A DNA stretch of 63,874 nucleotides, filler included, from Octopus bimaculoides (lineage: Eukaryota): the NCBI RefSeq assembly GCF_001194135.2. It is 5 parts of 5 records of this genome, joined end to end, with 100 filler letters (N's around TTAATTAATTAA, not from the genome) between each part and the next. Parts side by side here need not be neighbours in the genome. Positions count along the whole stretch, not along the records: positions 1 to 29,853 come from NC_068988.1; 4 more parts are not named here. One strand, 5' to 3'. Of the stretch, positions 1 to 13,116 are shown piece by piece. How positions within the stretch are numbered: position 1 is the stretch's first letter; each line of letters starts with the position of its first letter. The notes under the pieces were generated by a model. The model saw nothing but the letters and a program-made list of their open reading frames with translations, did no database searches and was not told the origin of the DNA. The position numbers and the translations under genes were made by a program.

Positions 1-6
1 TGTGTG

Positions 7-57
<51 letters not shown>

Positions 58-68
58 GTGTGTGTGCG
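1..68. repeat. (TG)n microsatellite
   Basis: Direct dinucleotide run. Similar (TA)n, (TG)n, (GA)n and (TAGA)n runs occur throughout the window and flank almost every N-gap. Confidence 0.98.
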
Positions 69-694
69 TAAAATGTTCTTAATATAGCTTACAAAGAAGT
101 ATGTAATTTGAGGGGTGGAAAAATTAACAAAATTCTAGCTCGTCTAACAACTATAGACAACAGTATTCTTACTGTAATAAATTACAAGACATCGTTTATT
201 GCAGAATTTCGTCCTTATGTTCATTGCGCCTTTATTGGTTGTTTTTTACTCATAACAACTCGTTTCACGGTTGACTACACAAATAATATATTTTACGAGT
301 TATTGTCCACATGATATACTTTCATATAAGTTGCACCTCGGCTCTCTTTTCATATTAGTCCACGTGACGATCACCATCTCATTGGTTTATTCTGGTCACC
401 TGTAGTTCTATTTGATTTTTACCTTACATCTATCTTGTAAGTCTTATTATTGTTTATCAGCAGCAGTTAGTCATAATCTTTAACTCTGTTGTTTCACTCA
501 ATGGACGACAGCCATTCTGAAGCCTTTTTTGACTTAGTCCAGCAAATCAAACTCAGTACTTATTTTATATCCGCTTACATCTTCTATCGGTAACTTTTAC
601 GGATTGCTAAGTTACACATACATAAACAAAAGCGCGTCGATTATCAAGGAATGGCGGACAAACATAAACACAAACAACCCCGTCATATATATGC

Positions 695-799
<105 letters not shown>

Positions 800-918
800 T
801 GTGTGTGTGTGTGTGTATCTGTATGATTTAATTATCTTTATGGATATATGGATATATGGATATATATATAAGCAATAATAATTCTCTGAACGAGGTATAA
901 ACAGTAGCTGCACGACAA

Positions 919-1141
919 CGTGAAGTATATTTGCCACTTAAATGCGGCTAACCCAGAAACCCGGGTCCATGTGTATCGTGTCAGGTCGACGATGGGAAGG
1001 ATGACTTCCCTTTGCAAATACTGATAGGGCACAGAAAGTGTGTCAATAGTCAGCTTGAGGAGATGTTCTCCTGGGGCTACAAGCTACAGTAGCATTCACT
1101 CTTAGTGGTTAGCCGCATTTAAGTGGCAAATATACTTCACG
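919..1141. mobile_element. MITE-like or fold-back unit with perfect 35 bp inverted arms
   Basis: 919-953 CGTGAAGTATATTTGCCACTTAAATGCGGCTAACC is the exact reverse complement of 1107-1141. Non-coding 153 bp spacer. No clear TSD. Confidence 0.5.
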
Positions 1142-2869
1142 ATATNNNNNNNNNNNNNNNNNNNNNNNNNNNNTATATATATATATATATACATACATGT
1201 ATTCACACACATATATATATATACTTTATTAAAAAGCAGCAAAAATATCATAAAAACTGTTACTCGGAGTTTATATAATTGATAATTGATAACGAAACAT
1301 TAAAAACTAAGTCCAGTTCAATTGATAATACCTCGTTAAACTGATACAGGTTATTACATTACATTAAATGAAAGTGAGACTTACTAACATCAATTGACAT
1401 ACTCAGAAAATGCAGTCTTTAAGAGCAGCATCGTTTATATAAACCATGACAAGAATAAATTTCACATACATTTGAAAGTTTGTGTTCAACAGCTACTTCA
1501 TTGTGATAAACACTACCAAATGTATAATTAAAAATTGTGATACGCACATATATTTAATCTTAACGTGTTTAGATGCATTTGGACGTGATAAGAACTTCCG
1601 TTTTGGAATAGCCTCAGGGGAAAACCCCCGCTAGTCATGTCTGAAAACACATTTTAGGCTGTGAATAATTTCATTAGATCGTAGATCGCGTGAGTTTCCC
1701 CATTGTTTCGTTTGTCATCAACGAAAACTAAATCAATCACTCGTCGCCCAATAAGAATAAAGTTATTCTTATTAGAAAAGCATACGTTACCTTTGCTGGT
1801 GTACAGTAAGTTTAGATGAGCTAGAATTAAATAAAGTTGCATTAAGCCGCGTCGAATAAAATACATTCGTGTGATGTAATATTTCAGACGTTCGACTTCA
1901 TTCGGACGTGAGAAGTATTTCCACTTTGGAAATAATCCTAGGAGAAAACTTCACTTAAACGATATCTGGGAAAACACACATTGGTATCCATAATATCATT
2001 GGATGGTACAACAAATGCGTTTATCCCTTCCGTCGCGTTTTCAGTTATGAATGCCATATTTGTTATGTACAGCACGACAAGAATAAATTCATTGTTGCAA
2101 GAACATTGTAGGGTACGTTTACTGACATACGGAGAGACTATTCAAGTAAGAATTATGTAATAACGTACCAAGCAGCGTGGAATACTCTCTGTATGTTCTC
2201 GCACAAAAACATCAAAACGAACATACATGTTGGGAATTTGCATTTTATATCAGATAAAAAGCAATTTGAACTGTTAACACTTTTCGGCGTCTTGCTTAAT
2301 ACTTCTTACATTCATGTTATAACCAAGTGTAAGTTTGTCCTTGTGTGCGCGCGTATATACGCATGTATATATATATATATAAATAAATAAATAGATATAA
2401 ATATATATATATGAATACATATATACACTCACGCACACACATACATATATATAGGCATATGCACGAGAGAGAAAGAGAACGACAGAGAGTGAGAGAGAGA
2501 GGAGGTGGTGTATGTGAGCGATTGTGTGTCTTTTATACGTTTGAGTTTCTGGAGACTAATGATTTTTATCAGTTTCTATGTACGTATACTACGAAACAGT
2601 TTTATTTTTTGGCGAGGATTTCTTTTCCTTATATATTAGCATTAGTCATTTATCAAAACATATAAGAAACATCATATAAAATACATAAATCACCAAGAAA
2701 CCAAATCCAATTTCATATATATATATATGTGTGTGTATGTGTGTCTTTGTGTATATATATATGTATATATATGTATGTGTGTGTGTTTGTATATATACGT
2801 GTATTTATGTGTATAGATGTACGTTTATGTATGTGCATCTATGTATATACGCATATGTAAAATGGGTAA

Positions 2870-3203
2870 AGAACCCCTACGGTCATTAATGACTATGAGA
2901 TGCACCTAGAAAGTTTTCCCCCACCCCCACCCTCACCCCAACCCCACCGATTCAAATGTCAGGGCAAGGTGGTTTATGGAAGACCAGCAGTCACCCATGC
3001 ATACCAGCCTCTCTTCTCCCCACCACCGATGTTATCCAAGGGGCCGGTTCACTTTGTCCCCTGTGATGTTGGAGCTCATTTCTACAGCTGAGAGAAGAAG
3101 AGGGTCGTTCTCAAGAACATAGCGCACATCCCGGTCTCTGAATCGAGCTCACTATTTCATGATTGTGAGCCGGACGCTCTAAACAATGAGCCATGCGCTT
3201 TCA
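2870..3203 (-). mobile_element. tRNA-derived SINE (family C)
   Basis: Minus strand starts GAAAGCGCATGGCTCATTGTTTAGAGCGTCCGG with a B-box-like CTCGATTC and a GTTCTTGAG central motif. The tail has a GTCATTAATGAC palindrome. Confidence 0.75.
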
Positions 3204-3247
3204 TGCAGATGTATATGTGTATATATTTACATATTTATATATATGCA

Positions 3248-3285
<38 letters not shown>

Positions 3286-4403
3286 NNNNNNNNNNNNNNN
3301 NNNNNNNNNNNNNNNNNNNNNNNNNNNNNNNNNNNNNNNNNNNNNNNNNNNNNNNNNNNNNNNNNNNNNNNNNNNNNNNNNNNNNNNNNNNNNNNNNNNN
3401 NNNNNNNNNNNNNNNNNNNNNNNNNNNNNNNNNNNNNNNNNNNNNNNNNNNNNNNNNNNNNNNNNNNNNNNNNNNNNNNNNNNNNNNNNNNNNNNNNNNN
3501 NNNNNNNNNNNNNNNNNNNNNNNNNNNNNNNNNNNNNNNNNNNNNNNNNNNNNNNNNNNNNNNNNNNNNNNNNNNNNNNNNNNNNNNNNNNNNNNNNNNN
3601 NNNNNNNNNNNNNNNNNNNNNNNNNNNNNNNNNNNNNNNNNNNNNNNNNNNNNNNNNNNNNNNNNNNNNNNNNNNNNNNNNNNNNNNNNNNNNNNNNNNN
3701 NNNNNNNNNNNNNNNNNNNNNNNNNNNNNNNNNNNNNNNNNNNNNNNNNNNNNNNNNNNNNNNNNNNTATATATATAAATATATATACATATACATATAT
3801 ATATATATATATATACATACATACATACATATATGTATGTATATTTGAAAAGAATAAATAGTTTATGAAAAGCGAAAAGGAATTGATTGATAAAACCTGA
3901 TGTCAAATCACCAATATGTTTGCCAACGAACTGGCAGGAATCACTGATTGTGTTTATTTCTTAATCGGATATTTTTTCTATAGTTATTTTTAATTTTTTT
4001 ATTTTTTATTCTTATCCTTGGTGTATTTGTATATTTTTTTGTTGTTCTTCTTGTTGATTTCACTGCTATGTTATTTATTTTATTTATTTGACATCAATCA
4101 TTAATGAGGAAGAAGAACGACGATGTTTTGGTGTGACGGTCGGTAATAGTCATGCGATCAGGGAAAGTGACAGGGATGTTATTCACGTACAAAAAACACG
4201 ACGATGCATATATGCAATTATAAATGTATATATGCCTCTCCTTCTATGTATGTATGTATGTATGTATGTACGTGTTAGTGTATATGTATTTGTATGTAGA
4301 TATATATGTATATATATATGTGTAATTTTATTTGCAGCTATATAGCTACATACGTAGTGACGTATTTACATGCATATATATATACATATATATATATATA
4401 TAC

Positions 4404-4446
<43 letters not shown>

Positions 4447-4554
4447 GTGCGTATATATTCATACATACATATATACATACATATTCACTTATATTCATGA
4501 AATTCGGTGTATAAGAAATTTTGCGAAAGCACGTGCATGCAAATCTGTAGGGAA

Positions 4555-4586
<32 letters not shown>

Positions 4587-4592
4587 TATCTC

Positions 4593-4639
<47 letters not shown>

Positions 4640-4916
4640 TACACACACACACACACATACACACACACATACATACACACACACACACGTATAAATGTTT
4701 GGTCTTCTGTTCTAACTTTTCTTCCGATATATACAGTGCGTGTATGCGTGTATATATGTGTGCGTGGGTGTCTATTTGTGTGCGCTAGTGTATGTTTGGC
4801 TCTGTGTGTGTGTGTGTATGTCTGTGTGCGTGTGGCCCGTGTTTGTGTGTGTGTGTGTTTGCATAATGGTACATAGGTATGTAGAAGTTTGAAATTATAT
4901 GTACTTCTGCTTCTAC

Positions 4917-4948
<32 letters not shown>

Positions 4949-5782
4949 NNNNNNNNNNNNNNNNNNNNNNNNNNNNNNNNNNNNNNNNNNNNNNNNNNNN
5001 NNNNNNNNNNNNNNNNNNNNNNNNNNNNNNNNNNNNNNNNNNNNNNNNNNNNNNNNNNNNNNNNNNNNNNNNNNNNNNNNNNNNNNNNNNNNNNNNNNNN
5101 NNNNNNNNNNNNNNNNNNNNNNNNNNNNNNNNNNNNNNNNNNNNNNNNNNNNNNNNNNNNNNNNNNNNNNNNNNNNNNNNNNNNNNNNNNNNNNNNNNNN
5201 NNNNNNNNNNNNNNNNNNNNNNNNNNNNNNNNNNNNNNNNNNNNNNNNNNNNNNNNNNNNNNNNNNNNNNNNNNNNNNNNNNNNNNNNNNNNNNNNNNNN
5301 NNNNNNNNNNNNNNNNNNNNNNNNNNNNNNNNNNNNNNNNNNNNNNNNNNNNNNNNNNNNNNNNNNNNNNNNNNNNNNNNNNNNNNNNNNNNNNNNNNNN
5401 NNNNNNNNNNNNNNNNNNNNNNNNNNNNNNNNNNNNNNNNNNNNNNNNNNNNNNNNNNNNNNNNNNNNNNNNNNNNNNNNNNNNNNNNNNNNNNNNNNNN
5501 NNNNNNNNNNNNNNNNNNNNNNNNNNNNNNNNNNNNNNNNNNNNNNNNNNNNNNNNNNNNNNNNNNNNNNNNNNNNNNNNNNNNNNNNNNNNNNNNNNNN
5601 NNNNNNNNNNNNNNNNNNNNNNNNNNNNNNNNNNNNNNNNNNNNNNNNNNNNNNNNNNNNNNNNNNNNNNNNNNNNNNNNNNNNNNNNNNNNNNNNNNNN
5701 NNNNNNNNNNNNNNNNNNNNNNNNNNNNTATATATATATATAGCATTATGAGCAGAGAGAGTTCATACATACATACACTCAT

Positions 5783-5844
<62 letters not shown>

Positions 5845-6739
5845 CACATACATATATATAAACGCTCACATGCTGTACCGAAGGACTTTTCTTTCTGACA
5901 TGTTTTGAACTTACGATTACTTCTGAGTGAAAGATTATATTTCATATTTCTGTATTTGTCCTTTAAGTGTTTAATGCGGGAAAATAGAATTTCTGAGTTC
6001 AGCAACCTTTTAATAACTTCTCAGTGATAAGTTCACCACGCGATAACAATAGTTGAGACATGGTGCATGCGGCAAACATCATTGTAAGGGTTTTGCTTTG
6101 TACATCGATTTGAACAATCGGTTTCGCGCTAAGGATTCAGTGTAGTGTTAACAATCCGATTATGTAAACCCTGCACTCATCAGTGGTAGTCGATTTAGAA
6201 TGAAATATGGTGACTGTTGTCTATTTTTGGAGGTGAATTGACACATACTGTTTGCGGTTGTTGTGAAAAAGTTAATGAAACGGAACGAGTAGAGGACTGA
6301 AGTGAGAATTATGCCACTTTAGTACGAAAACATCGCCATTTGGGTGGTTATATAGTAAGTCGTTTAGAGTTTTCTGGAAAAGTTTGTGTGGAATGTGTGT
6401 CTCCTTAAGGCTGTTGTTCTTGTGGAAATAGAATGTGTATAATCGTACTGTATGTGTAAACTTTGCAGAGGGTGTGAGCATATATATCTGTATTAGAGTA
6501 TTTCCTTTTTTTATGCATTGGTTAAGTTCGTGGGGCTTTTATGTATGCTTGTGGTGTGTGTAGGAGCACAGTATGTGTGGGAGCTTATACTGGTGGTGGT
6601 TGGGGTGGAAAACAGTCTAGGTGTCCGCCGTGTTGGGGTGTGCGTGTTTGGGGGATTTGAAGGACTAGAAATTATAGTTATGATGGGGCATGCAGATATG
6701 ACAGGATATACTTCTTTTCTTGTGGGCAAGGGTTAAAAA

Positions 6740-7570
6740 TTTCTCTTTTGCTATTCACTTCTGTTATTCAGGTAAATGCCCGTGTACTGCCGCTCTTTAA
6801 AAATCACTCTTTTCTCAGCTAGGCATAACCTGAGCTTCTTGCTGCTGTTGAAGTACGCTTTACATTCTCTAGAATCTTTCACTTTATGCTGTAGTCGGTG
6901 GCGCTTTCTTTCAAAGACCAAACTTTCTTGGCCAGGCAGGGTTGTGGCCTTGCGTCTCTCCGGGATGTTGATGGAAGATTTGTGAGTGTTACAGCGATTT
7001 CTTTAGAGGTCTTTAGTTTCTCCAACTTTCGCACGTTTGGTTGCCCATTCACTCCTATGGCTGTTACCTTTGCCTGGTATACGACGGTCTCCGTTTTACA
7101 GTCGCTGTTCAGTGGACATGTTGTGTTACCTCTACATGAACATCCTGCTTTTGTCTCAAAAATCGTTTTTACACACACTGGGTGCACAGCTAAAGGCAAT
7201 TATCAGGGCATTGCTACAGAATATTTTGTTGAACCTTTGTGTGCGGGTGAAGTGCTTATCTACTAAGCTTAGAAAAATCTTACTTACTCGGGTTTTAACA
7301 CTTAAAGAGAAGAGCGGTGTGAACCACAACACTTTGCGGTGACGCTTTCTCTTGTAGGGGGTAGCGTTTGGCGTGTAAATACCACTACCCTTTAAACTTC
7401 TGGTGGCCAGAGCCTCAGTGTGTATACGGGGCGACAGCATCAAGAATCTCTTTGCGAGATATTAATCTGCTGACGCCCTGTACCAAGTTCTTGAAAACGA
7501 TGGCTTTTCGACAGGAACCTGTGTTAATGTATAATAGCTTCTCGTTTCGCTTCCTAGATGGTCTATAGGC
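6740..7570 (-). mobile_element. Penelope-like element fragment: RT C-terminal linker plus GIY-YIG endonuclease, frameshifted
   Basis: Peptides RPSRKRNEKLLYINT, RKVLWFTPLFSLSVKTRVSKIFLSLVDKHF, CSCRGNTTCPLNSDCKTETVVYQAKV, KKVWSLKE and LRLCLAEKRVIF..LNNRSE match the PLE layout. A C/A-rich putative 3' UTR follows to about 6300. Confidence 0.9.
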
Positions 7571-7589
7571 ACCGGACTCCAAGACCAGG

Positions 7590-7655
7590 ATCACTATCAT
7601 CAGTATCACCGTCATCAATTTCACCCTCATTAACAATCATCATCATCATCACCAA

Positions 7656-7713
<58 letters not shown>

Positions 7714-7745
7714 GCCAACATCATCCTCATCTTCATTATCGTCAG
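7590..7745. repeat. (CAT)n trinucleotide array
   Basis: Direct. Confidence 0.95.
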
Positions 7746-8481
7746 TTTTATCTATTTAGCACTTCGTCTGAAACAGTATATATATAGAAAGACAAAAGAT
7801 GAATTTGGTAAAGTAAAACGAAAAAAAAATAATAAATAAAAATTATTATTTATTACTTGGTATTCATTTATTGCTTTGTATTTTATGCGTAAGTTTGTGT
7901 TATTGGGTTTTCTGCCAACTTCCTTATTTCTCACAGTAATGTTGTGAAAACAATATTTCATAATTTCATAATTTCTATTCACACCCTCGCGTGTTTTCAA
8001 ACTGGTGGACTGAATAGAGAATATAAAACATTATTTAATATCGTTTTTAAAATGGGTTCATTTCTCGTTTAGACTGACTAATTCACATTCGAGAAGTTTA
8101 TAACTTAATGATCGTAACCAGGATAGAAATAATGATCTCAAATCGATATTATAAACATTTAGCTCTACCCTACCGCTACATCACAACGGCACCTATTGAT
8201 TTATGTATTTTTTCATTGTATGTTTCTTTCACAGAAGGAAGCACAGTTTCACAGTTAATTTGGTGGATATTCAACATCGATTAACAGGATTTTATGAGTG
8301 TAAAATTCTTTTCATTTCTGCTTACGTTGAATTCTATGATTTTAAACAGAGTAAATAAATTATTAATTTTTATTCAGAGGGAAGGGAAATTGAAGTTCGT
8401 TTATCGAATCGTCTGCGTAGAAATTGAAAAGATCGCAGTATACAGAAGGTTACTCAACTTTCCACCGAAGAAATTGCATAC

Positions 8482-8520
<39 letters not shown>

Positions 8521-8523
<3 letters not shown>

Positions 8524-8710
8524 CTCGAGAAGTACGTGGAACACATAGGGGCTGCAATAAGGGTGGAACACTTGCAGAAAACGGCACTGCTAGGAACCGC
8601 TCGAATACTCCGGAAGGTGCTCGAAAAATAAGAGGTGTTACCTTAGTTAAATGGTAGTGAACAGCTGACACCGTAGTAGATCTCCAGCGTTAGAATCTGT
8701 GCAAAGGCAA
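8521..8710 (+). mobile_element. 5'-truncated R4/Dong-clade non-LTR retrotransposon 3' end inside an (AAT)n array
   Basis: Encodes LEKYVEHIGAAIRVEHLQKTALLGTARILRKVLEK*, the typical RLE-clade C-terminus. The 3' UTR ends GCAAAGGCAA then (GAT)n(AAT)n, with (AAT)n also upstream. Highly similar to the 16598-16790 segment. Confidence 0.85.
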
Positions 8711-8727
8711 GGATGATGATGATGATG

Positions 8728-8780
<53 letters not shown>

Positions 8781-8783
<3 letters not shown>

Positions 8784-9000
8784 ATTTTCTAATCAAGGTA
8801 CAAGGCCCGAAAATTGTTGGGTAGGGGGCGAGTCGATTAGATCGACCTCAGTACGCAACTGGTACTTAATTTATCGACTCCGAAAGGATGAAAGGCAAAG
8901 TCGACCTCGGCGGAATTTGAACTCAGAACGCAAAGACAGACGAAATACTACTGCTAAGCATTTCGCCGGCGTGCTAACGTTTCTGCCAGCTCGCCGCCCT
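8781..9000 (-). mobile_element. tRNA-derived SINE (family A) with (TTA)n tail
   Basis: Head GGCGGCGAGCTGGCAGAAACGTTAGC (A box), GAGTTCAAATTCC (B box), central GTCGACTTTGCCTTTCATCCTTTCGGAGTCGATAAATTAAGTACCAG. The central block resembles the Meta-SINE domain (unverified). Confidence 0.9.
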
Positions 9001-9074
9001 AATAATAATAATAACAACAACAACAGCAACAACCACAACAAAACAACAACAACAACAAGAAAGACAACAACAAC

Positions 9075-9107
<33 letters not shown>

Positions 9108-9262
9108 GTGGGGTGGGGCTAGTCGACTTCCTCAATCCCTGTACTTCACTGATCCTTTATTTTATCTGAAAGGATGAAAGGTCGACCATGAAGGGATTTG
9201 AGCTCGGAATGAAAAGCACGAGAATAGCAACGCGATAAAGATTCTTCCAGATCACCGCCTTA
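9108..9262 (-). mobile_element. Degraded family A SINE
   Basis: GAAAGGATGAAAGGTCGACC..GGATTTGAGCTC..ATCACCGCCT aligns to family A. Confidence 0.7.
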
Positions 9263-9290
9263 ATAATGGTAGTAGTAGTAGTAGTAGTAA

Positions 9291-9333
<43 letters not shown>

Positions 9334-11159
9334 GGTGGTGGTGGTAGCGTCTTACGTAAGTACAAGGCTCAATTGTCCCAAGGCTATTGTTGCTCATAAT
9401 GTCCACTAACCTTATATTGTATGGCCGCTAAAATGCAGTGGGCATTTGGCAGCATGCCAAATGGCAAGTGACCAACTTTAGTTTGCGCTTGACCCAGGAC
9501 TACAGTATGGTCAAATAATGAAGCAGGCATTCGCATTAAAATGTAATTAATATTTCTGTTGAATCATTCATTGTATTCGTTGAAACGAACAATAGGCAAT
9601 GTGACACTGTAGTAATAACATATACTATCAGTATCATTATCACTCGCATCGTCAGTGCCACAACAGTGTAAAGAGGAACGACATTCTAAGTATCTCGATC
9701 ATATCAGGAGAAAGGCAATAAATTTCAATTTACACTCATCAAAAGTCAACTTCCATCCAATTTCCATTGTAAAATTTTCCCGAAATCCAAATTAAATCCT
9801 TTTGTTATACAAAGCTTAATAGACAGATGGTCGTCAACGGTTTAAATTAATTATTGTAAACTGAAATGAGCAATATAACTGATCTAATTTAGTATATATT
9901 GATTTCGTTTCATACTGACTTGATACCAAATTAGAGTTTCCTAGTCGGTTTGTCTACAGAGGGCTGAAAAGCAAGGATGATTCTCGTAAAAAATCAACTT
10001 AGAAACCTCAGAATCTGTAATCTATCACTTAAGAATTTGTTTTAAACCCTCAGACTTGAAGTGTTTTATACTGAGTCAGTCCTAACCTAAAGTGTCCTTG
10101 ATTGTCCGAATACAGAAGGATAAAAAGTCGGATGTTGCTCATAGAATTCCAACTTATAAACCTCAGATAAAAACAGTGAAGAACGTATGATACAGAAAAG
10201 AAAATATTTTGTTTTTCTGAAAATTAACTCCAGTGCTTTTTAAGGAAGAGTAAGTAATGTCGTTATAAAACATTGCTTAACGCAAATCGCAAATTCTCTC
10301 TAAATCACTAATCCATACCATTGCTATGTATTTGTTTTAAACCCTCAACATTTGAGCAGTATTTCCCATTGACTAGATTCCAACTTAGTTCATTTGTTTA
10401 TCTGCTTACAGAGAGGGGGAAATTTCGGATGATTTTGAGAGGATTTGAACTTCGAAACCTCTTAAGAAAAGAGAACTGAGAACAAATGATTCTAAAAATA
10501 ATACATTTTCTATTTTTAAAGTTAAAAAATGATATCTACAGAAATTTCAGTATTTTCAGAACTTCTTCAATGTAGTTACTAATATAGTAACAAAATTGTG
10601 CTTAATGTAAGCCACAAGATTTCACTAAAACGGTAAACCACAGCATGGAAATTTATTGGTTTTAAATCTTGAATCTTACAGCTTTTTACATTCACTCGGT
10701 TCCAGCTAAGAGTCTTCTAGGGAGCATGCACAAGAAGAAAAGTAAGGATGCCTCCGATAAGATTTGAACTAAGAGCCGTCGGATAGAGAGATTTCAGTAA
10801 CGTAATGCAACTGAATGTAATGCATTTTACTTTTCTAAAAGTTTACAGAATTTCAAATGCAGAAATTCGAACTACTTAATGTAACAGAAAAATCTCTCTA
10901 AAACGATAATCCATGTCATATTAAAGATAGCAGTTACCTTTCAAACCCTCAATCTTAGTGATTTTAAAACGAGCCCACCACGACAAGAAACAACAAACGA
11001 CGAATATATTGCTTCTGCATTCGTGTCTTTAGTGTGTTCAGGTACTGTTGCGCAGGGCTAACAAGCAAGTATTCACAATATCCAACGAATGGGTTCCATT
11101 TTTCAAGAAAAATACACCAATTAAAACTAAATATTTAATCTAAAGCTGTCCAAAGTCGG

Positions 11160-11335
11160 TGAGATGGTAGAATCGTTAACTCACTGGGAAAAACTTTAAA
11201 TGGCATTTCGTCCAGCACGTTGAGCGCTGAGCTCAAATTGCTTCGTGGTCGATCTGTCTTTCATCTTTTCGGAGTCGATAACATAAGTACCATTTGAGCA
11301 CTGAGGTCGATGTAATTGACTTAGAATTAGTGGAC
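11160..11335 (+). mobile_element. Degraded family A SINE
   Basis: GATGGTAGAATCGTT..CTGAGCTCAAATT..CTTTCATCTTTTCGGAGTCGATAACATAAGTACC. Confidence 0.75.
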
Positions 11336-11494
11336 TTGTGCCAAAACAAATGTAATATTTGATGATAACTAGTTGTAGAGCATCCGATAAGATTTGATCC
11401 AACCACGTGCCATTTCTAACCAGTTCTACTTTTAGCTCAGAAATATATATTTAGGACGACATTATCAAATATTTCCTCCCATTTATTCTTTTTT

Positions 11495-11885
11495 ACTCTA
11501 AGCACAAGGCCCGAAATTGTTTTGGGAGGGGGGCCAGTATATTAGATCGACCCCGGTACGCAACTGGTACTTAATTTATCGACTCCGAAAGGATGAAGGG
11601 CAAAGTTGACCTCGGCGGAATTTGAACTCAGAACATAAAGACAAACGAAATACCGTTAAGCATTTCACCCGGCGTGCTAACGTTTTTTACTTCTTTATTG
11701 CCCACAAAGATCTAAACAAAGAGGAGACAAACGAGGACAGACAAAGGGATTAAGTCGATTACATCGACCCCAGTGCGTAACTGGTACTTAATTTATCGAC
11801 CTCGAAAGGAGGAAAGGCAAAGTCGACCTCGGCGGAATTTGAACTCAGAACGTAACGGCAGACGTTTCTGCCAGGTCACCGCCTT
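11495..11885 (-). mobile_element. Family A SINE interrupted by a 5'-truncated related SINE with a different tail (nested)
   Basis: The outer head is split at GGCAGAAA/CGTTAGC. The inner copy (about 11687-11861) has the GTGGGCAATAAAGAAGTAA tail. ACGTTT is duplicated at 11680-85 and 11862-67. Confidence 0.8.
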
Positions 11886-12209
11886 ATTTCCTCCCACTTA
11901 TTAAGACGTAGAGCGCCACCTCAGAGAGATTAGTTATTTTTAGTAATTCCAATGACCGCATAGGGCGTCTCTCTCGCTCTCTCAAAATAATTTTTCCGTG
12001 TGTGTGTCAGATAACATCTTTTTAATACGTAGAAAGTTATTTCAATGCTCGTAATGTATTTGTTATATTTTTCATTTCCTTGTATTTATTTTATTTCATT
12101 CTATTTTATTCTAGTAATTTTCATTTTCTATGCCACAGTAATTTGATGTTCTCTGCAAAATTTAAGACATTTGCATATGGTTAAGGAAGTGTTTTACATG
12201 TTGTTAAAC

Positions 12210-12282
12210 ATCACCCCAACACCACCACGACTACTTCTACTGTTGTTACTACTACTACTACTTCTACTTTTAATATTAATAA

Positions 12283-12323
<41 letters not shown>

Positions 12324-12344
12324 GTAATGATAATAATAATAATA

Positions 12345-12382
<38 letters not shown>
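12210..12382. repeat. Compound (ACT)n/(AAT)n array
   Basis: Direct. Confidence 0.95.
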
Positions 12383-12945
12383 CTCTCAACCATGAGGCAG
12401 AAATGATATCTGTTTTGTCAGCTTGGCTGACAAAACAGATACCATTTATACAAGGCATACAGATTAAATCGATTTGTCACAAAATCACAGCAGAACAAAA
12501 ACAAAACAACAGCTAGCGATACAATAACTGTGGCATGGTTTAAATTCCTATCAATATTGTAATATCGCATTAAAAATCTTTATCCTTCTAATTTTTATCT
12601 TGATTTTTTCAAATCAGATATTTCGTTTTTTATTATCAGATTTTCTTTTTTCAAATCTGCAACATGGTAAACCTTCTCACGTATTCAGATATTTCTGTCA
12701 ATTGTCTCTGAAAGTTAATTAAAAAATCCTAACAATCCTAAGATAATGTCGAGACTAAAAATATGGAAGGCTAGAAGAGTTTAATTTTGGGACATTATGT
12801 TGCACTGCCTTTTTATGGACTTTATTTGTCATTGTATTCTTCCATTTGCCATTGTTTAAATTATCACCTTTTAATTATTTAGCAAAAGGCATACCCTAAC
12901 TGTATAGAGCTTTCTTTAAAGGCACTCCAGTCTTAAACATCCCGT

Positions 12946-13018
<73 letters not shown>

Positions 13019-13116
13019 GTGAGTTCATAGATCCAATAGAGATAGAATCAAGAAAAAGTGTACTCCATCTAGTGAGAGATAAATATCAACTTAATATACA
13101 ACCGGAAGTGCTACTA

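Noticed and set aside
3186-5869. Long ORFs of 200-370 aa here and at 20.6, 31.5, 33.7, 38.4, 46.8, 58.5 and 62.1 kb
   Set aside because: They are open only because they read through Ns and dinucleotide or trinucleotide repeats (YIYI, CVCV, HTHT, poly-I/L/H).
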